From Octopus vulgaris (lineage: Eukaryota), in NCBI GenBank assembly GCA_951406725.2, contig OX597826.1, forward strand, positions 53,196,001 through 53,260,000: a DNA stretch of 64,000 nt. Direction: 5' to 3'. A program made the translations under genes and the position numbers. The notes beneath the pieces are model-generated. The model did not search any database, was not told where the DNA came from, and worked only from the letters and a program-made list of their open reading frames with translations. Every line of letters begins with the position of its first letter. Positions within the stretch are counted from its first letter, which is position 1. Below, piece by piece: positions 13,456 through 26,881 of the stretch.

Positions 13456-13650
13456 ATATATATATATATATATGCTAGTCTTCAGCCATTTTGAATTCAA
13501 AATCGCTGAAGACTAGCGTCACACTTGAAACTCAAAAGTACCAACGAATTTGAATTAAACATTTTTGATCCATATATCTATGCATGTATGTTTGTATGTA
13601 TGTATGTACGTATACATATGTGTATATATATACATGCATACATACATAAT

Positions 13651-13704
<54 letters not shown>

Positions 13705-13988
13705 AATGCGAAAGTAAATGTCAGTGTGTCACACTTTTTCAACTTTCACTCTTCCAGCCCCGCCTCTCACTATTCAATGACACTTCTAGTATTCCTCATG
13801 CTTTACACCTCCCTCACTCTTCAATGACTCTTCTACTATTTTCATTCTTAGTAGCTCTTACTGTTTTAATAGAGAAGAAGAAGCAGTTAAGTTGAATGAG
13901 GTTGTAATCATACCATTTTGCTTGTGTATTTGTGTATCTCTTTGGGATGTTAAGTCCTCTCTAAGCTCTTCTTATTTATTTATTCTTG

Positions 13989-14100
13989 ACTCTGATGAAG
14001 CTCCATGTTTCAGATCGGTTTTATTACCAAATATGATAAATATTTTTAGCATATCAATTGCAATACCATACAACATTGGAAGCAGAAACAGCTGTTTGAT
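13989..14100 (+). ncRNA. Degenerate hammerhead-like motif with long loop 2
   Basis: CUGAUGA-A-GCUCCAUGUU..(~60 nt)..AACAUUGGAAGC-A-GAAAC-AGCU-GUU. Stem I is not intact. Lies in a segment (13701-14180) flanked by TA repeats. Confidence 0.45.
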
Positions 14101-14184
14101 GGGATGCAGTCTATTTGTATTGAATTAGTAAATAATAATTGATGTAAGTCAATTGTTGTTCGTCAATTTCTGTTTTCTTTAAAT

Positions 14185-14217
<33 letters not shown>

Positions 14218-14910
14218 TTATATACCTATGACGAACTTAGAATTTTCATCATCCAAATTCTACTAACAAGGAAGTTGGTCAATACGAAGCACCCAAATCT
14301 TCGTGGTTGCGAAATGGGTTTCTTAATTACACAGTAATACCTGCACGAATGTGTGTTACCTACGTTTTTTCTGCTTTGCGTCCTCTCTTGTATGCGTAGA
14401 GTATTGTCCTGTAGCAACATATATTTGCATCCAAACAGATTGTATGTAGTCTAGACATTGTGGTCACAGCTCTGTAAATTATATGTCCATTTGCTATTTT
14501 TAATAATTAGACAGTTCAAAGAAAAGAAACGAGCAGAATAACGTCGGAAAATGAGATTCAGGTTGCGGCTTGACTACGATTATGTGAACATGGGAGATTG
14601 CAATTCCAAAGAAAATAAGAGTAATTGAGAATGTTGCGCTCTTGTTAGTGATTTAGTTAAATAGACTGTGAGACTGTTTGTAAATAAAAGAGAGGGAAAG
14701 AGAGACAAATGAATAAATGAACAGAGAGAGAGAGAGAGAGAGAGAGAAAGAGTGAGAGTGAGTGAGAGAAAAGAGAGAAAGAAGGAGAGAGAGAGAGACA
14801 GAGTTCGAAAAATGTATGCGTGTGTCACCCTATCGTTTTTTTGATAAACATCAGTTTTCGTCGTTCACATCAGCCGATTGTCAATAGCGTCTCATGTATG
14901 ACAGCATTTG

Positions 14911-14989
<79 letters not shown>

Positions 14990-16517
14990 GTGATTTTTTT
15001 GAAGGGCTTCCTGTCCTATTTTTCTAAAGTAAACATAGCTTATAAACTATACTTAGCTTCACTGATTAGCGATCAACAACTTTTGATACTAAGGGTATTT
15101 TTCTTAGGTCACCTTAAAACCCCCATACGCCACACCCGCCCTTCTCAGACAAAGCAATGCATTGCAGCCCAGGGCCGACTTAACAACATTATAAAGTCTC
15201 TTGGGAAATCAATGCAGTGGACTCTATAGTATTTATTTATAACAGCAATTCACAGCATACATAGATCAGAATTGAGCCCCCTAGACCGATAAGGTCCCCA
15301 AATCTTGTATACTCATGCCTTAAGACGATACTGCTATTGCTTGTAGAATTAAATCATTGACAGACAGCAATCCGTGGCATATATAAATTAAACATGGAAT
15401 TCCCTATCAAACCCGAGTGACCTTCGGACAGCTATCCAATATGATGCTCCGGCCTTATGGACAACGTTGTATCTTTTGATATGCAAGGACTAAAAATAAT
15501 AGGTGTTAAGTATTTCTGCCACGATTATTGGACGGTGTCGGTTTTCATGGGAGTAACAGATGTCGACCCTTCTACTGTCAAGACGGAACTTTAACTGATT
15601 CAGCCACACACTCACATAAACACAAGCGCACACGCACTGCACGCAGACATCACGCACATACATATACACTTACGCGCATGAACACAGAAATACAGTTACG
15701 TGCATGCCCTTAGTGATACACACCCACTTCATATATATATACACACGAGCCTATGCACACACACACACACACACACATACAAACACACCTGCTTATTATT
15801 CTCAGTTGTTAATGATTTTTTTTTTGTAATTTGATTAACGCAAGTTCATCGTATATGTTTGTGTGCATACGATATATATGTTAATGTGTGTGTGCGTGTA
15901 TGTGTGTATTTGTACACGTACTAACATATATGTGAGAAAGTTCGTGTAAGTTTACACACAGACGTTTATATGCATATACGTATTTATATATGTGTGTATA
16001 TGTGTGTGCGTTTGTTTCATGATGACAATGAGTCCAACAATAGGTATTCTGTTTCGACCGACAATATGTCGAGCACTGACTAACAAGACAACTGCGTGGT
16101 GGTGGTGGTGGTGGTAGTGATGGTGGTGGTGGTAGTGGTGGTGGTGGTGGTAGTGGTGGTAGTGGTAGTGGTAGTAGTAGTGGTAGTGGTGGTGGTAGTG
16201 GTAGTGGTGGTGGTAGTGGTGGTAGTAGTGGTGGTGGTTGTATGTGGGGGGGGGGCTTATATTGTGTCAGTACTTGTAGTATGGATGGCGGTGTTGATGG
16301 GGTTAAGGGAAGGGAACATTGAAAGTTAGAGTTGAGAAATGAATAGGGCGGTGGTGGTGCTAATTCTGGTATTGATGATAGTGTTAAAAAGATTGATGGC
16401 AGTTGTTATGATAAAGACGATGACCGTGGGATGATGTGAAAGCAACAATTATAATGATGAGGATAAAGATAGTGATAATTGTGTGTGTGGGTGAGTGTGT
16501 GTGTGTGTGTGTGTATG

Positions 16518-16840
16518 TTTATTTTATTTATTTATGCGCCGTTTTCAAGCCTAACCAGGCTCATGGGCTCGGTTTCCCGGTTTCTGTGGTGTATGTGTTC
16601 CCTCTCCAGCTGGACGGGACGCCAGTCCATCGCAGCGTTACCCAAGAAGCAGGAAGAAAGAGTGAGAGAAAGTTGGGGCGAAAGAGTACAACAGGCGTCG
16701 CCACCAGCCCCTGCCGGATCCTCGTGGAGCTTTAGGTGTTTTCGCTCAATAATCACACACAACGCCCGGTCTGGGAATCGAAACCGCTATCCTCCGACCG
16801 CGAGTCCGGTGCCCTAACCACTGGGCCATTGCGCCTCCGC
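16518..16840 (-). mobile_element. SINE family C head with V-domain-like tail
   Basis: Same head as 7738; tail CTGCGATGGACTGGCGTCCCGTCCAG. Related copy at 56381-56688(-). Confidence 0.88.
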
Positions 16841-17284
16841 AGCGGCAAATGCTATCAGCCAGAAAACTTAAACACAAAACTCCACAGACGAAGTTCCTTG
16901 AGATGTTTGTTCTGCAGCCATCAAATCATAGATCCTACTCCCTTGTCAATTAATTAAATTCGGTTAATCATAGAATGGTTATTTGGATTCTCGTAAACAA
17001 CGACGCTATTGTCAACCATTTCTGTTATAAAATAAATAGATAAGTAAGCAAATAAATAAAAATAGAGAAATGAAATTGCTTCTGTTGGGAATCCCCAACC
17101 GGATGTCATGCTTATCTCTCCATTACCCTCCACTCCTGTCCTGTATAAATGATTTCTCTTGGAAAAGTACGTAGCACTGCATACTGCAGTGGGTGTCATC
17201 CAATAATCTCTCTTGTAATGATAACTGATGCAAATGTTGGTTGGTTTTTCCAGTTTAGCTTTACATCATATATATATACATAAT

Positions 17285-17500
17285 TCTTTTATTCTTTTAC
17301 TTGCTTCAGTCATTTGACTGCGGCCATGCTGGAACAAATCGACCCAGGACTTATTCTTTTTAAGCCTAGTACTTATTCTATCGTTCTCTTTTGCCGAACC
17401 GCAAAATTACGGGGGCGTAAACACACCAACATCGGTTGTCAAGCGACGGTGGTAAGGGGGGGGGGGAAAACACACACACACATATATAATATATATATAT

Positions 17501-17531
<31 letters not shown>

Positions 17532-17693
17532 CGACGGGCATCTTTCAATTTCGTCTACCAAATTCACCCACAAGTCTTTGGTCTGCCCGAGGCTATAGTA
17601 GAAGACACTTGCCCAAGGTCACACGCAGTGGAACTGAACCTGGAACCATGTGGTTGGTAAGGAAGCTTCTTACCATACAGCCACTCCTGCGCC
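17285..17693 (-). mobile_element. SINE family A
   Basis: Reverse copy. Confidence 0.9.
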
Positions 17694-17696
17694 CCC

Positions 17697-17779
<83 letters not shown>

Positions 17780-17796
17780 TGTGTGTGTGTGTGTGT

Positions 17797-18120
17797 ATGA
17801 AGGCACGTAGCTTAGTGGTTAGGGCATTCGGCTCATGATCGTAAGGTCATGAGTTCAATTCCCGGTGACGCATTGGTCTTTGAGCAAGACCCTTTATTTC
17901 AATTACCCTAGTTAATTCAGCTGGCAAAAATGAGTTGCATCTGTAATTCAAAGGTCTAGCCTTGTCACACTCAGTATCACACTTAATCTCCCTGAGAGCT
18001 ACGTTAAGGGTACATGTGTCTGTGGAGTGCTCAGCCACTTGCACGTTAATTTCACGAGCAGGCTGTTCCATTGATCGTATCAGCTGGGACCCTCATTGTC
18101 ATAACCGGTGGAGTACTCCT
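17797..18120 (+). mobile_element. SINE family D (tRNA head plus CORE-like TTGAGCAAGAC) with tail type 1
   Basis: Tail shared with 7940-8120. Confidence 0.88.
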
Positions 18121-18434
18121 ATATATGTCTATGTCTATATATATATGTAATTTTGAATTTAAAATAATAAGGGTGAAAGATTGAATATTAATTTGATTAA
18201 TATGAACTGAAAACCAGTGGTGTAGCATATAAGACCATAGCGGATCTTCTTCTAGCATAATGGATGTCCACTCTTAATGGTTCAACCCTGTTATATAATA
18301 GTTTCACTTTAATAGTTTCAGTATTAAACTGAAAGCATCCACGTAATACTGAAATAGTAGAGAAGATATGATATTGCTGTGGGCTCGCCCTAGGCAAGAA
18401 GTTAAAATTTGTTTTTGCCCCTGACACTACATGG

Positions 18435-18547
18435 ATCCTAAGTAAGGCGTGTGTAAAATTTGAGTGAAACTGGTTGTGTAGTTCTCAAGTTCTCAAGTTT
18501 TAGGGATTCACACAGACAGACACACATTCTCAGTTTTATATATATAT
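18435..18547 (-). mobile_element. Helitron 5' fragment
   Basis: Minus strand TATATATAAAACTGAGAATGTGTGTCTGTCTGTGTG has the same style as the other Helitron 5' ends. No 3' end found. Confidence 0.4.
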
Positions 18548-18952
18548 GGAGTGGCTGTGTAGTAAGTAGCTTGTTTACCAACCACATGGTTCCGGGTTCA
18601 GTCCCACTGCGTGGCACTTTGGGCAAGTGTCTTCTACTATAGCCTCGGGCCGACCAAAGCCTTGTGAGTGGATTTGGTAGACGGAAACTGAAAGAAGCCC
18701 GTCGTATATATGTATATATATATATATATAAATGTGTGTGTTTGTGTGAGTGTGTTTGTCCCCCTAGCATTGCATGACAACCGATGCTGGTGTGTTTATG
18801 TCCCCGTTACTTAGCGGTTCGGCAAAAGAGACCCATAGAATAAGTACTGGGCTTACAAAAGAATAAGTCCCGGGGTCGAGTTGCTCGATTAAAGGCGGTG
18901 CTCCAGCATGGCCGCAGTCAAATGACTGAAACAAGTAAAAGAGTAAAAGAGT
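18548..18952 (+). mobile_element. SINE family A
   Basis: Near full-length copy. Confidence 0.9.
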
Positions 18953-19023
18953 ATATAATCGATCGCTCATGCTCAATACATTTGTGTCGTTTGTTCACCG
19001 GTTCGCTACTCTATAGCGCTTGA

Positions 19024-19094
<71 letters not shown>

Positions 19095-19495
19095 TTAGCA
19101 TAAGAATTTGCAGGAGAAATACATATTTTAAATGGAATTTTATACATATTTTTAAATGGAATTTTATAGACAAAGGTTTTCGAAGATTAGATTACAATTA
19201 GGTCGATAGCATTAATAATAACAAGCAAAATAGCTATTAATAACAACATAAATTTATTACAAATATACAAATGAGAAATTCGTTATATTTAATCTAATTT
19301 TATTTTGATATTATAAATATTTTTCTTTTGAAAAAAAAGTAATATTCATTTCATTTTGTGTAAGTACCAAGAAATTACATAAAAGTTGAATTATAATTAT
19401 TGTATGTACTCGTATGAAATATTTCTTGATATTACCTGTAGTGGCCAAAGCATGCTTCCAAAGTTGCCCATCATATAACAGGCAACACTCTAGTA

Positions 19496-19743
19496 CAGTG
19501 GTTCTCAACCGTTTTCTGCCTATGAACAGCTCTGATTCTTATTTTATTCCTGTGGACCCTCATAGCCATTCGATGTTTTAAAAATCTTAATATACTCTTG
19601 TAATTAAATATTATTAGGGATTGAATAAAGAAATTAAAATATTTTGTGTATTGTAGAAGAATAAGTGATTTGTTGCGCATAAATTTTAACAAAATCTTAT
19701 ATGAACCTACAAGCGTCGTGTGGACACCAGTTGAGAACCACTA
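19496..19743. mobile_element. hAT (Charlie-like) MITE
   Basis: TIRs CAGTGGTTCTCAAC / GTTGAGAACCACTA. A partial second copy lies at 55693-55788. TSD not preserved. Confidence 0.7.
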
Positions 19744-19754
19744 GATAACTATAA

Positions 19755-20236
19755 AAGACTCCACCGGTTACGACGACGAGGGTCCCAGCTGATACGATCA
19801 ACGGAACAGCTTGCTCGTGAAATTAACGTGCAAATGGCTGAGCATTCCACAGACACGTGTACCCTTAACGTAGTTCTCGGGGATAATCAGCGTGACTAGT
19901 AAGACCCCCTTCGGTCATGAATAATCATGGGATTGCACCTAGAAATGTCCCCTCCAAGGCATAAGTCCGAACAAGGTTGTTTATGGAAGACCAGCAGTTG
20001 CCCATGCGTGCCGGCCTCCCCTCTCCACGCCACCGATGTTATCCAAGGGAAATGGCAAGGCCAATACGACTTGGCACCAGTGATGTCGCAACTCATTTCT
20101 ACGGTTGAGTGAACTGGAACAACGTGAAATAAAGTGTTTTGCTCAAGAACACAACACACAGTCCGGTCCGGGAATCGAACTCACTACCTCATGATCGTGA
20201 TCCCGACGCTCTAACCACTGAGCCATGCGCCTTCAC
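19755..20236 (-). mobile_element. SINE family D head, a distinct middle module and a tail type 1 fragment
   Basis: Head/CORE at 20090-20236, different module at 19900-20090, tail 1 at 19755-19895. Confidence 0.8.
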
Positions 20237-21085
20237 TTATGCTGTATGTAATTAAATCCTCCAGCAGTTTCGACGATGGGTATTTAATTGCTCACTCAAC
20301 TGAGTTAACTGCTCATTGAATTAGCATGTAAGTGGCTGAGTATTCCACAGACATATACATTTAGTGTAACCCTTGGGCAGAATCACTCTGGCACAGTGAA
20401 TGTCAAGGGTGGTTCTTTAAATTGCAGGTATAGTCCATCCGACTGGCTTCCACACAATTTCTGCCAACCCAATTTTTCTCACAAGGCTTGGAGGACATGG
20501 AGGATATGCAAAAGGACATTAGTCCAGGATGCTACACTGTGGGATCGAACCCAAGACTTCGTGATTGTGGTGCCAACTTAACCGTTCGACCATACTGCAC
20601 GTATACTCTGCCATAGGAACTACATCAAAATATTGTATTGCATCACTGGGTCACATTCTGCACCGGGGACCCAAAATGCGCTCGCTCAAATTGCTAGTAG
20701 CAGCAACCAGATCCTTTCAGTTCGCATCACAACTATATTAACAACAACAACAACAATAATAATAAATAAGTAAATAAATGAAAGCAAAAAGCCAACTCGT
20801 TGGACAATGTCTGAGATATACAAAAGGCTGGATGGTCGCAGCTGGTACGCTTGTGAATATAGGTCTACTCAATCTGGACTGATCTAGGGCTAAACAAAAA
20901 TATCACCGCCAACACTTTAAACATCTTAGATTTACAAAAGGCTGGATGGTCGCGGATGGTACGCCTCTGAATATTGGCTTTCTCAATCCGGACTGAACTG
21001 TGGCTAACAAGAACACCACGTCTACTAGCCAAAAATTAAAAAATAAATAAGTAAAAAAAAATTATGTTGGATAATGTCTGAGATA

Positions 21086-21248
21086 GGCGCAGGAGTGGCT
21101 GTGTGGTAAGTAGCTTGCTTACCAGCCACACAGTTCCGGGTTCAGTCCCACTGCCTGGCACCTTGGGCAAGTGTCTTCTACTATAGCCTCGGGCCGACCA
21201 AAGCCTTGTGAGTGGATTTGGTAGACGGAAACTGAAAGAAGCCCGTCG

Positions 21249-21283
<35 letters not shown>

Positions 21284-21520
21284 GTGTGTGTGAGTGTTTG
21301 TGTGTCTGTGTTTGTTTCCCCAACATCGTTTGACAACCGATGCTGGTGTGTTTACGTCCCCGTAACCTAGCGGTTCGGCAAAAGGGACCGATAGGATAAG
21401 TACTAGGCTTACAAAGAATAAGTCCTGGGGTCGATTTGCTCGACTAAAAAGGCGGTGCTCCAGCATGGCCGCAGTCAAATGACTGAAACAAGTAAAAGAG
21501 TAAAAGAGAGTAAAAAGAGA
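21086..21520 (+). mobile_element. SINE family A with TSD
   Basis: Full length; TSD GAGATA at 21080-21085 and 21521-21526. Confidence 0.92.
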
Positions 21521-21675
21521 GAGATACAAATGGCTTGGATAGTCCTGGTTGTTGCTCTTGTGAATATTAGGACTGCTCAATTCGGGTTGATCTGGGGCAA
21601 AACAAGAACATACAATTCTATACTATTGAATACTTAGCTTTCGTTGAGCATCTCCCCTCTCTACTATAAAGTCCT

Positions 21676-21980
21676 TAAAAAAGACTCCGCCGGTTACGAC
21701 GACGAGGGTCCCAGCTGATACGATCAACGGAACAGCTTGCTCGAGCATTCCACAGACACGTGTACCCTTAACGTAGTTCTCGGGGATAATCAGCGTGACA
21801 CAGAGAGTGACAAAGCCGGCCCTTTGAAGTACAAGTACAACTCATTTTTGCCAGCTGAGTGGACTGGAGCAACGTGAAATAAAGTGTCTTGCTCAAGGAC
21901 ACAACGCGTCGCCGGGAATCGAACTCACAACCTTACGATCATGAGTCGAATGCCCTAACCACTAAGCCACGCGCCCTCAC
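21676..21980 (-). mobile_element. SINE family D with tail type 1 and TSD
   Basis: 12 bp TSD CTATAAAGTCCT at 21664-21675 and 21981-21992. Confidence 0.92.
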
Positions 21981-22164
21981 CTATAAAGTCCTAACCCTGC
22001 TGAGTCACACGCACACACACTGAACTGCGGGATCCCTGGCTTCATTGAGCCACACACACACACACACACACACACTGTACTGTGTCATTAGAAGCAGGGA
22101 GGAGGAGAGAGGGGGTGTACTGTGCTGTTATAAAGAGGGTGAGAGTGAGAGAGAGGTAGTAAGA

Positions 22165-22200
<36 letters not shown>

Positions 22201-22319
22201 TTAAGCTGGAGATAATTAGAGCAACAAAGCCAATCCACCACCGACAATTAAACATGTTAATGATGTAATGCTTGTAGTGGACATAATTGTAGCGTTTCCT
22301 GTCTGTTCACATATTCCGC

Positions 22320-22439
22320 ATTGCTGTTGCAGCAGCAGTAGTAGTAGTAGCAGCAGCAGCAGCAGATAGCAAGCAGCAGCAGCAGCAGTAGTAGTGGTGG
22401 TGGCGGTGGTGGTGATGGTAGCAGGCTGCAGTAGTAGTG

Positions 22440-22474
<35 letters not shown>

Positions 22475-22542
22475 GGTGGTGGTGGTGGTGGTGGTGGCGG
22501 TGGTGGTGGTGGTGGTGTGGTGGTGGTGATGGCAGCAGCAAC

Positions 22543-22586
<44 letters not shown>

Positions 22587-22812
22587 TAGTGGTAGTAGTG
22601 GTAGTGGTAGTAGTAGTAGTAGTGGTGGTAGTAGTGGTGGTGGTGGTGGTGTGATGGTGATGATGGCAGTTGTGGTGGTGCTAGCAGTAGTAGTGGTAAT
22701 GGATATGATGGTAGTAGTGATGGTAGTAGTCTTAGTAATAGTAGTTGTGGTGTTAGTGGTGGTGGTGGTGGTGGTAGTTGTAGTCTTAATAGTATTGGCA
22801 ATGACGACGATC

Positions 22813-22851
<39 letters not shown>

Positions 22852-23430
22852 ATGGTGGTGGTAGTGGTGGTGGTGGTGGTGGTTGGTGGTTATATCCTGG
22901 TTGTATGTGCAGGTTAGTTGTGGCCTTTCTCTTGACATATTCTGGCTGCGTTGGTAGTGGTTGCGGTGGTGCAATGGTAGTGGTGGTGGTGTCGCAGTAG
23001 CGGCTGCTGTGGTAGTTGTGAAGGTGGTGATGAGGGAAGAGAGCGTGATGGTGGTGTGACTTGTGGTACAGTAGTGGCGGTGGTAGCGTCGACTGCGATG
23101 TGTGTGTGCTGGGGGTGGGGTTCGAAATGGTAATAGTGATAGTGGTGGCTGAGGTGGTAGTAGGGTGGGCTGTAGGGGAGTGATGGTGGAGTAGGGCATA
23201 GAAGTAGCGTGGTGGTGGTGATGATGGCGGTGGCGGGGATGCTGTGAGAGCGTGGTGGTAGTGATGGTGGCGATTGTGTGTTTGTGTGTGTGTGTGTAGC
23301 ATGTATGGTGGTGGTTGTGGTAGCAGCGGTGGTGTGAGAGCATGGTGGTAGTGATAATAATGATGTGTGTGTATGTGCGTGCGTATGTGTGTGTATGTGT
23401 GTGTGTGTGTGTGTGTGCGTGTGTGCGTAC
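22320..23430. repeat. Compound (GCA/GTA/GTG)n trinucleotide low-complexity tract
   Basis: Direct inspection; similar tracts at 16096-16240, 23870-23935, 42760-42905 and 58440-58660. Confidence 0.95.
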
Positions 23431-23881
23431 GTAAAATACGATGGTGGCGTCATGGTAACGATTGCGGTGCAATGGTAATGATTTCATAGTGAATAACGTG
23501 TCCTTCCTGATGACATGCTCCTCATATCCTTCCTGCTGATATTTTCTACAGTGTTGTTGTTATTGTTGTTGCTGCTGTGGTTGTTGTTGTTGTTGCTAAT
23601 ATTGTTGCTGTTGTTGCTATTGCTGTTTGGCCCACGTCAACCCAAATCCAGCAAACCCATTAATAACCAAGTGCAGTCTAGTCAGAGCCAATAAATTTAC
23701 TTTCAATAGAAGAATCTAGAACTATACAATATAATGTTACCATTGCTTTTTAAAGGCGGCGAGGTGTGATTTGAGGTTGGTTTGGCTGTTACTTTTAGCA
23801 AAGAGGGTTCTAGGGTTTATTCACTGTTATACATTTATTTTTAAGGTGTTGTTGATAATCTACTAAGAAGTAGTAGTAGTT

Positions 23882-23936
<55 letters not shown>

Positions 23937-24388
23937 AGTTGTTGCTTAGATCCAGGTCAACTCTGATTGACCAGACCTATGATCAAAAACTTACAAGGTG
24001 TGACCGTCTTTTCTCCTTTTTGCATTGAACGCAAAACTAGCATGTCTTTGTGAGGGAAATTTGGCTGCTATTTCTTACAGTCTGAGCGATATTGTGTCTT
24101 CTCCATTGCTTTGGACCATAGTCCAAAGCAATACTTTAGAGTCAAATAATGCCATGTTTAAACCGTATTTTTCTCGATATAGTTTGTCAACTTTTTTTCT
24201 TGTCGCAGGCTATATATAATAAATAAGGTAATTAGTGTGTAACCTATGATATTAAAAATAATGATATTAGAAATAAAGATTTTTCTTCTTCTATAAGCAT
24301 AAGGCCAGCTATTTTGAGGAGAGGAAGAAGTTGATTATCCAAACTCCAGTATTCACCTGGTATTATCGGCATCGAGGAGATGAAAGTT

Positions 24389-24561
24389 TGAAAGCAGGTA
24401 GAGTACAAACAAACAAATGTATTAGTATAGCGCTCAGGAATAGATATAGGAAAAGTCTTTTACGTTTCGAGCCTACACTCTTCGACAGAAAGATACACAG
24501 AAAAAAACAAGGAGAGAAAAAAAAAGCGTGTAGGAGCTAACGATCTATCATGGCGTCCTGA
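24389..24561 (-). mobile_element. Short Penelope-like element with HHR variant (24456-24493)
   Basis: Reverse-complement copy of the 4209-4410 family: CUGUCGA...GAAAC-GUA-AAAGA. Confidence 0.65.
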
Positions 24562-24574
24562 CACACACACACAC

Positions 24575-24606
<32 letters not shown>

Positions 24607-25004
24607 CAGGCACGTGCCGTCAATAATTACTCAAGGTAGGCAGTTGTGTAGTAAAACACACAAAAAATAAGCTAAATACAGACGCGCGACTGAGTTGAAG
24701 GCAGATCTGTTTCTGCCTTTATAGCACGTAAAGAAAACGGTGTTGTAGAAATGTACGCAGCATGTGTACTACAGCAGTACTATTTCTTAGCTTAGATACT
24801 GAGGTTGAAAAGCAAGGGCGAATTATGTCTACTTAATCTACAAAAAATAAAATGTTTTGTAATTTATTCTTAAGTAATCAGACTAACCTTCATACTTTTA
24901 TTGAATTAAGTGCATATTTTGCCATGAGAGGAAAATGTTGCTATCGATCTATTTTATTCAAGGTAGGTACTTCCTACCTTGCCTATCTAGGCGGCACGTC
25001 CCTG
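24607..25004. mobile_element. hAT-like MITE
   Basis: TIRs CAGGCACGTGCCG / CGGCACGTCCCTG, with subterminal AAGGTAGG/CCTACCTT motifs. Confidence 0.55.
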
Positions 25005-25186
25005 ATACACACACACACATACACATAATAGAGAAGATTGAAAACGCAAATCTTAGGCAGTTAAACGCATAAATGAAAACTTTCAATCAAAGTAGTTGAA
25101 TCATATATATTTTATACACATCAACATAAATCATGTATGATTTCGGGAATCTGTTTGACTGCCTAAGCTTTGCGCTTTTAATTTTC

Positions 25187-25556
25187 TCTACTCTTTTACT
25201 TGTTTCAGCCATTTGACTGCGGCCATGCTGGAGCACCGCCTTTAGTCGAGGAAATCGACCCCAGGACTTATTCTTTGTAAACCTAGTACTTATTCTATCT
25301 GTCTCTTTTTGCTGAACCGCTAAGTTACGGGAACGTAAACACACCACCATCGGCTGTCAAGCGATGTTGGTGGGGACAAACACAGACATACAAACACACA
25401 TATACATATATACGACGGGCTTCTTTCAGTTTCCGTCTACCAAATCCACTCACAAGGCTTTGGTCGGCCCGAGGTCCAAGGTGTCACGGAGTGGGACTGA
25501 ACCCGGAACCATATGGTTGGTAAGCAAGCTACTTACCACACAGCCACTCCTGCGCC
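25187..25556 (-). mobile_element. SINE family A
   Basis: Reverse copy with an internal deletion. Confidence 0.9.
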
Positions 25557-25640
25557 TACATATTTTTTCGCATTGGCTCTCTATAGCACTCCGTAAACAT
25601 TCCATACATTTTAAAACATATGTAATATTACACACACACA

Positions 25641-25685
<45 letters not shown>

Positions 25686-25877
25686 ACACACATGCAGTGA
25701 GAGGAAGATAAAGAGAGTAGGGTGGGGATAGAAGCCTGCCGGTCGATTTAGAGGCATGATGCTCTGGTTTACAAATCACGGCATAGAAGAAACTGATGTT
25801 AAATTGGATTGGAACTTTGTTTCCCACCCCCACTAAGCTTATTTAGCCTGGAAAACTCACATTTATGTATTGTATTA

Positions 25878-26400
25878 GACGCAGGCAAGGCTGTGGGGTT
25901 AAGAAACTGCCTTTACATTCATGTGATTTCCGGTTCAGTCCTATTGTCTTCTACTATAACCCCGAGCCGTCCAAAGCCTTTTGAGCGACTTTGCTAAACG
26001 GAAACTGCGTGGAAGCCTGTCGTATGTTTGGCCACCACTGTGTGGATTTGGTAGACGGATTTGGTAGACGGAAACTGAAAGAAGCCCGTCGTATATATAT
26101 ATATATATATATATGTAATCAAAATAAGCAACAAGAATGACTCCGGTAATTTGGTACGATCGTTTCGCACTATATCATTTTATTAAATGTTTGTGTGTCT
26201 GTGTTTGTCCCCCCCCCCCCAACATCGCTTGACAACTGATGCTGGAGTGTTTACGTCCCCGTAACTTAGCGGATCGGCAAAAGAGACCGATAGAATAAGT
26301 ACTAGGCTTACAAAGAATAAGTCCTGGGGTCGATTTGCTCGACTAAAAGGCGGTGCTCCAGCATGGCCACAGTCAAATGACTGAAGCAAGTAAAAGAGTA
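25878..26400 (+). mobile_element. Composite of an old A-like head and a 5'-truncated family A copy
   Basis: Diverged head at 25878-26025, then a young body from 26040. A foreign insert (26115-26185) sits in the microsatellite. Confidence 0.8.
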
Positions 26401-26881
26401 ACAGCGTAAAGCACATCAAAACCTGAAATACCAGACTCATTTTGAAAAAGCGACATTAAAGAATGTATCCTTCCAGCATAAATTCTTAAATTGCAGACAC
26501 TGCACTAGTTGCCTTTGTGGGAAAAATTTCAATTGCCATATTTGTTTCAAATTTTTGTACAAGGCCAGCAATTTCGAGGTAGTGGGTAAGTCGGTTGATT
26601 CAAAACAACGTGAATAAATAAGCATTACATTTGACAGACTAAACTGAATGCTACAGAGTTAACATTGTTATAAGTAATTTCCATAATGACTCTCCGTTTA
26701 TTGTATCGAATATAAGGTCTATAAAATCGTGAGTATTCAACCGTACATTTGTTTTGCAACCTGCCTCCAAGAGAATATATCATATTAAATCATTGGTTTA
26801 TTTTACAATGAATATTCAACTTTAGTACGTTTATATATTTGTTGTGCAAGATTTTTTATGTGAAGTCGTGTGTTGAAACAG

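Noticed and set aside
15171-15333. hAT-like MITE CAGGGCCGACTTAA..TTAAGACGATACTG (also 18215-18430 and 43225-43375)
   Set aside because: TIR match is only 10/14 and there is no TSD.
22195-22320. TAAT/ATTA-rich unique island as an enhancer
   Set aside because: Such motifs are expected by chance in AT-rich DNA, and no conservation data are available.
22307-23302. 331 aa Pro/His/Thr-rich ORF
   Set aside because: Made of trinucleotide repeats, open in several frames, with no domain.
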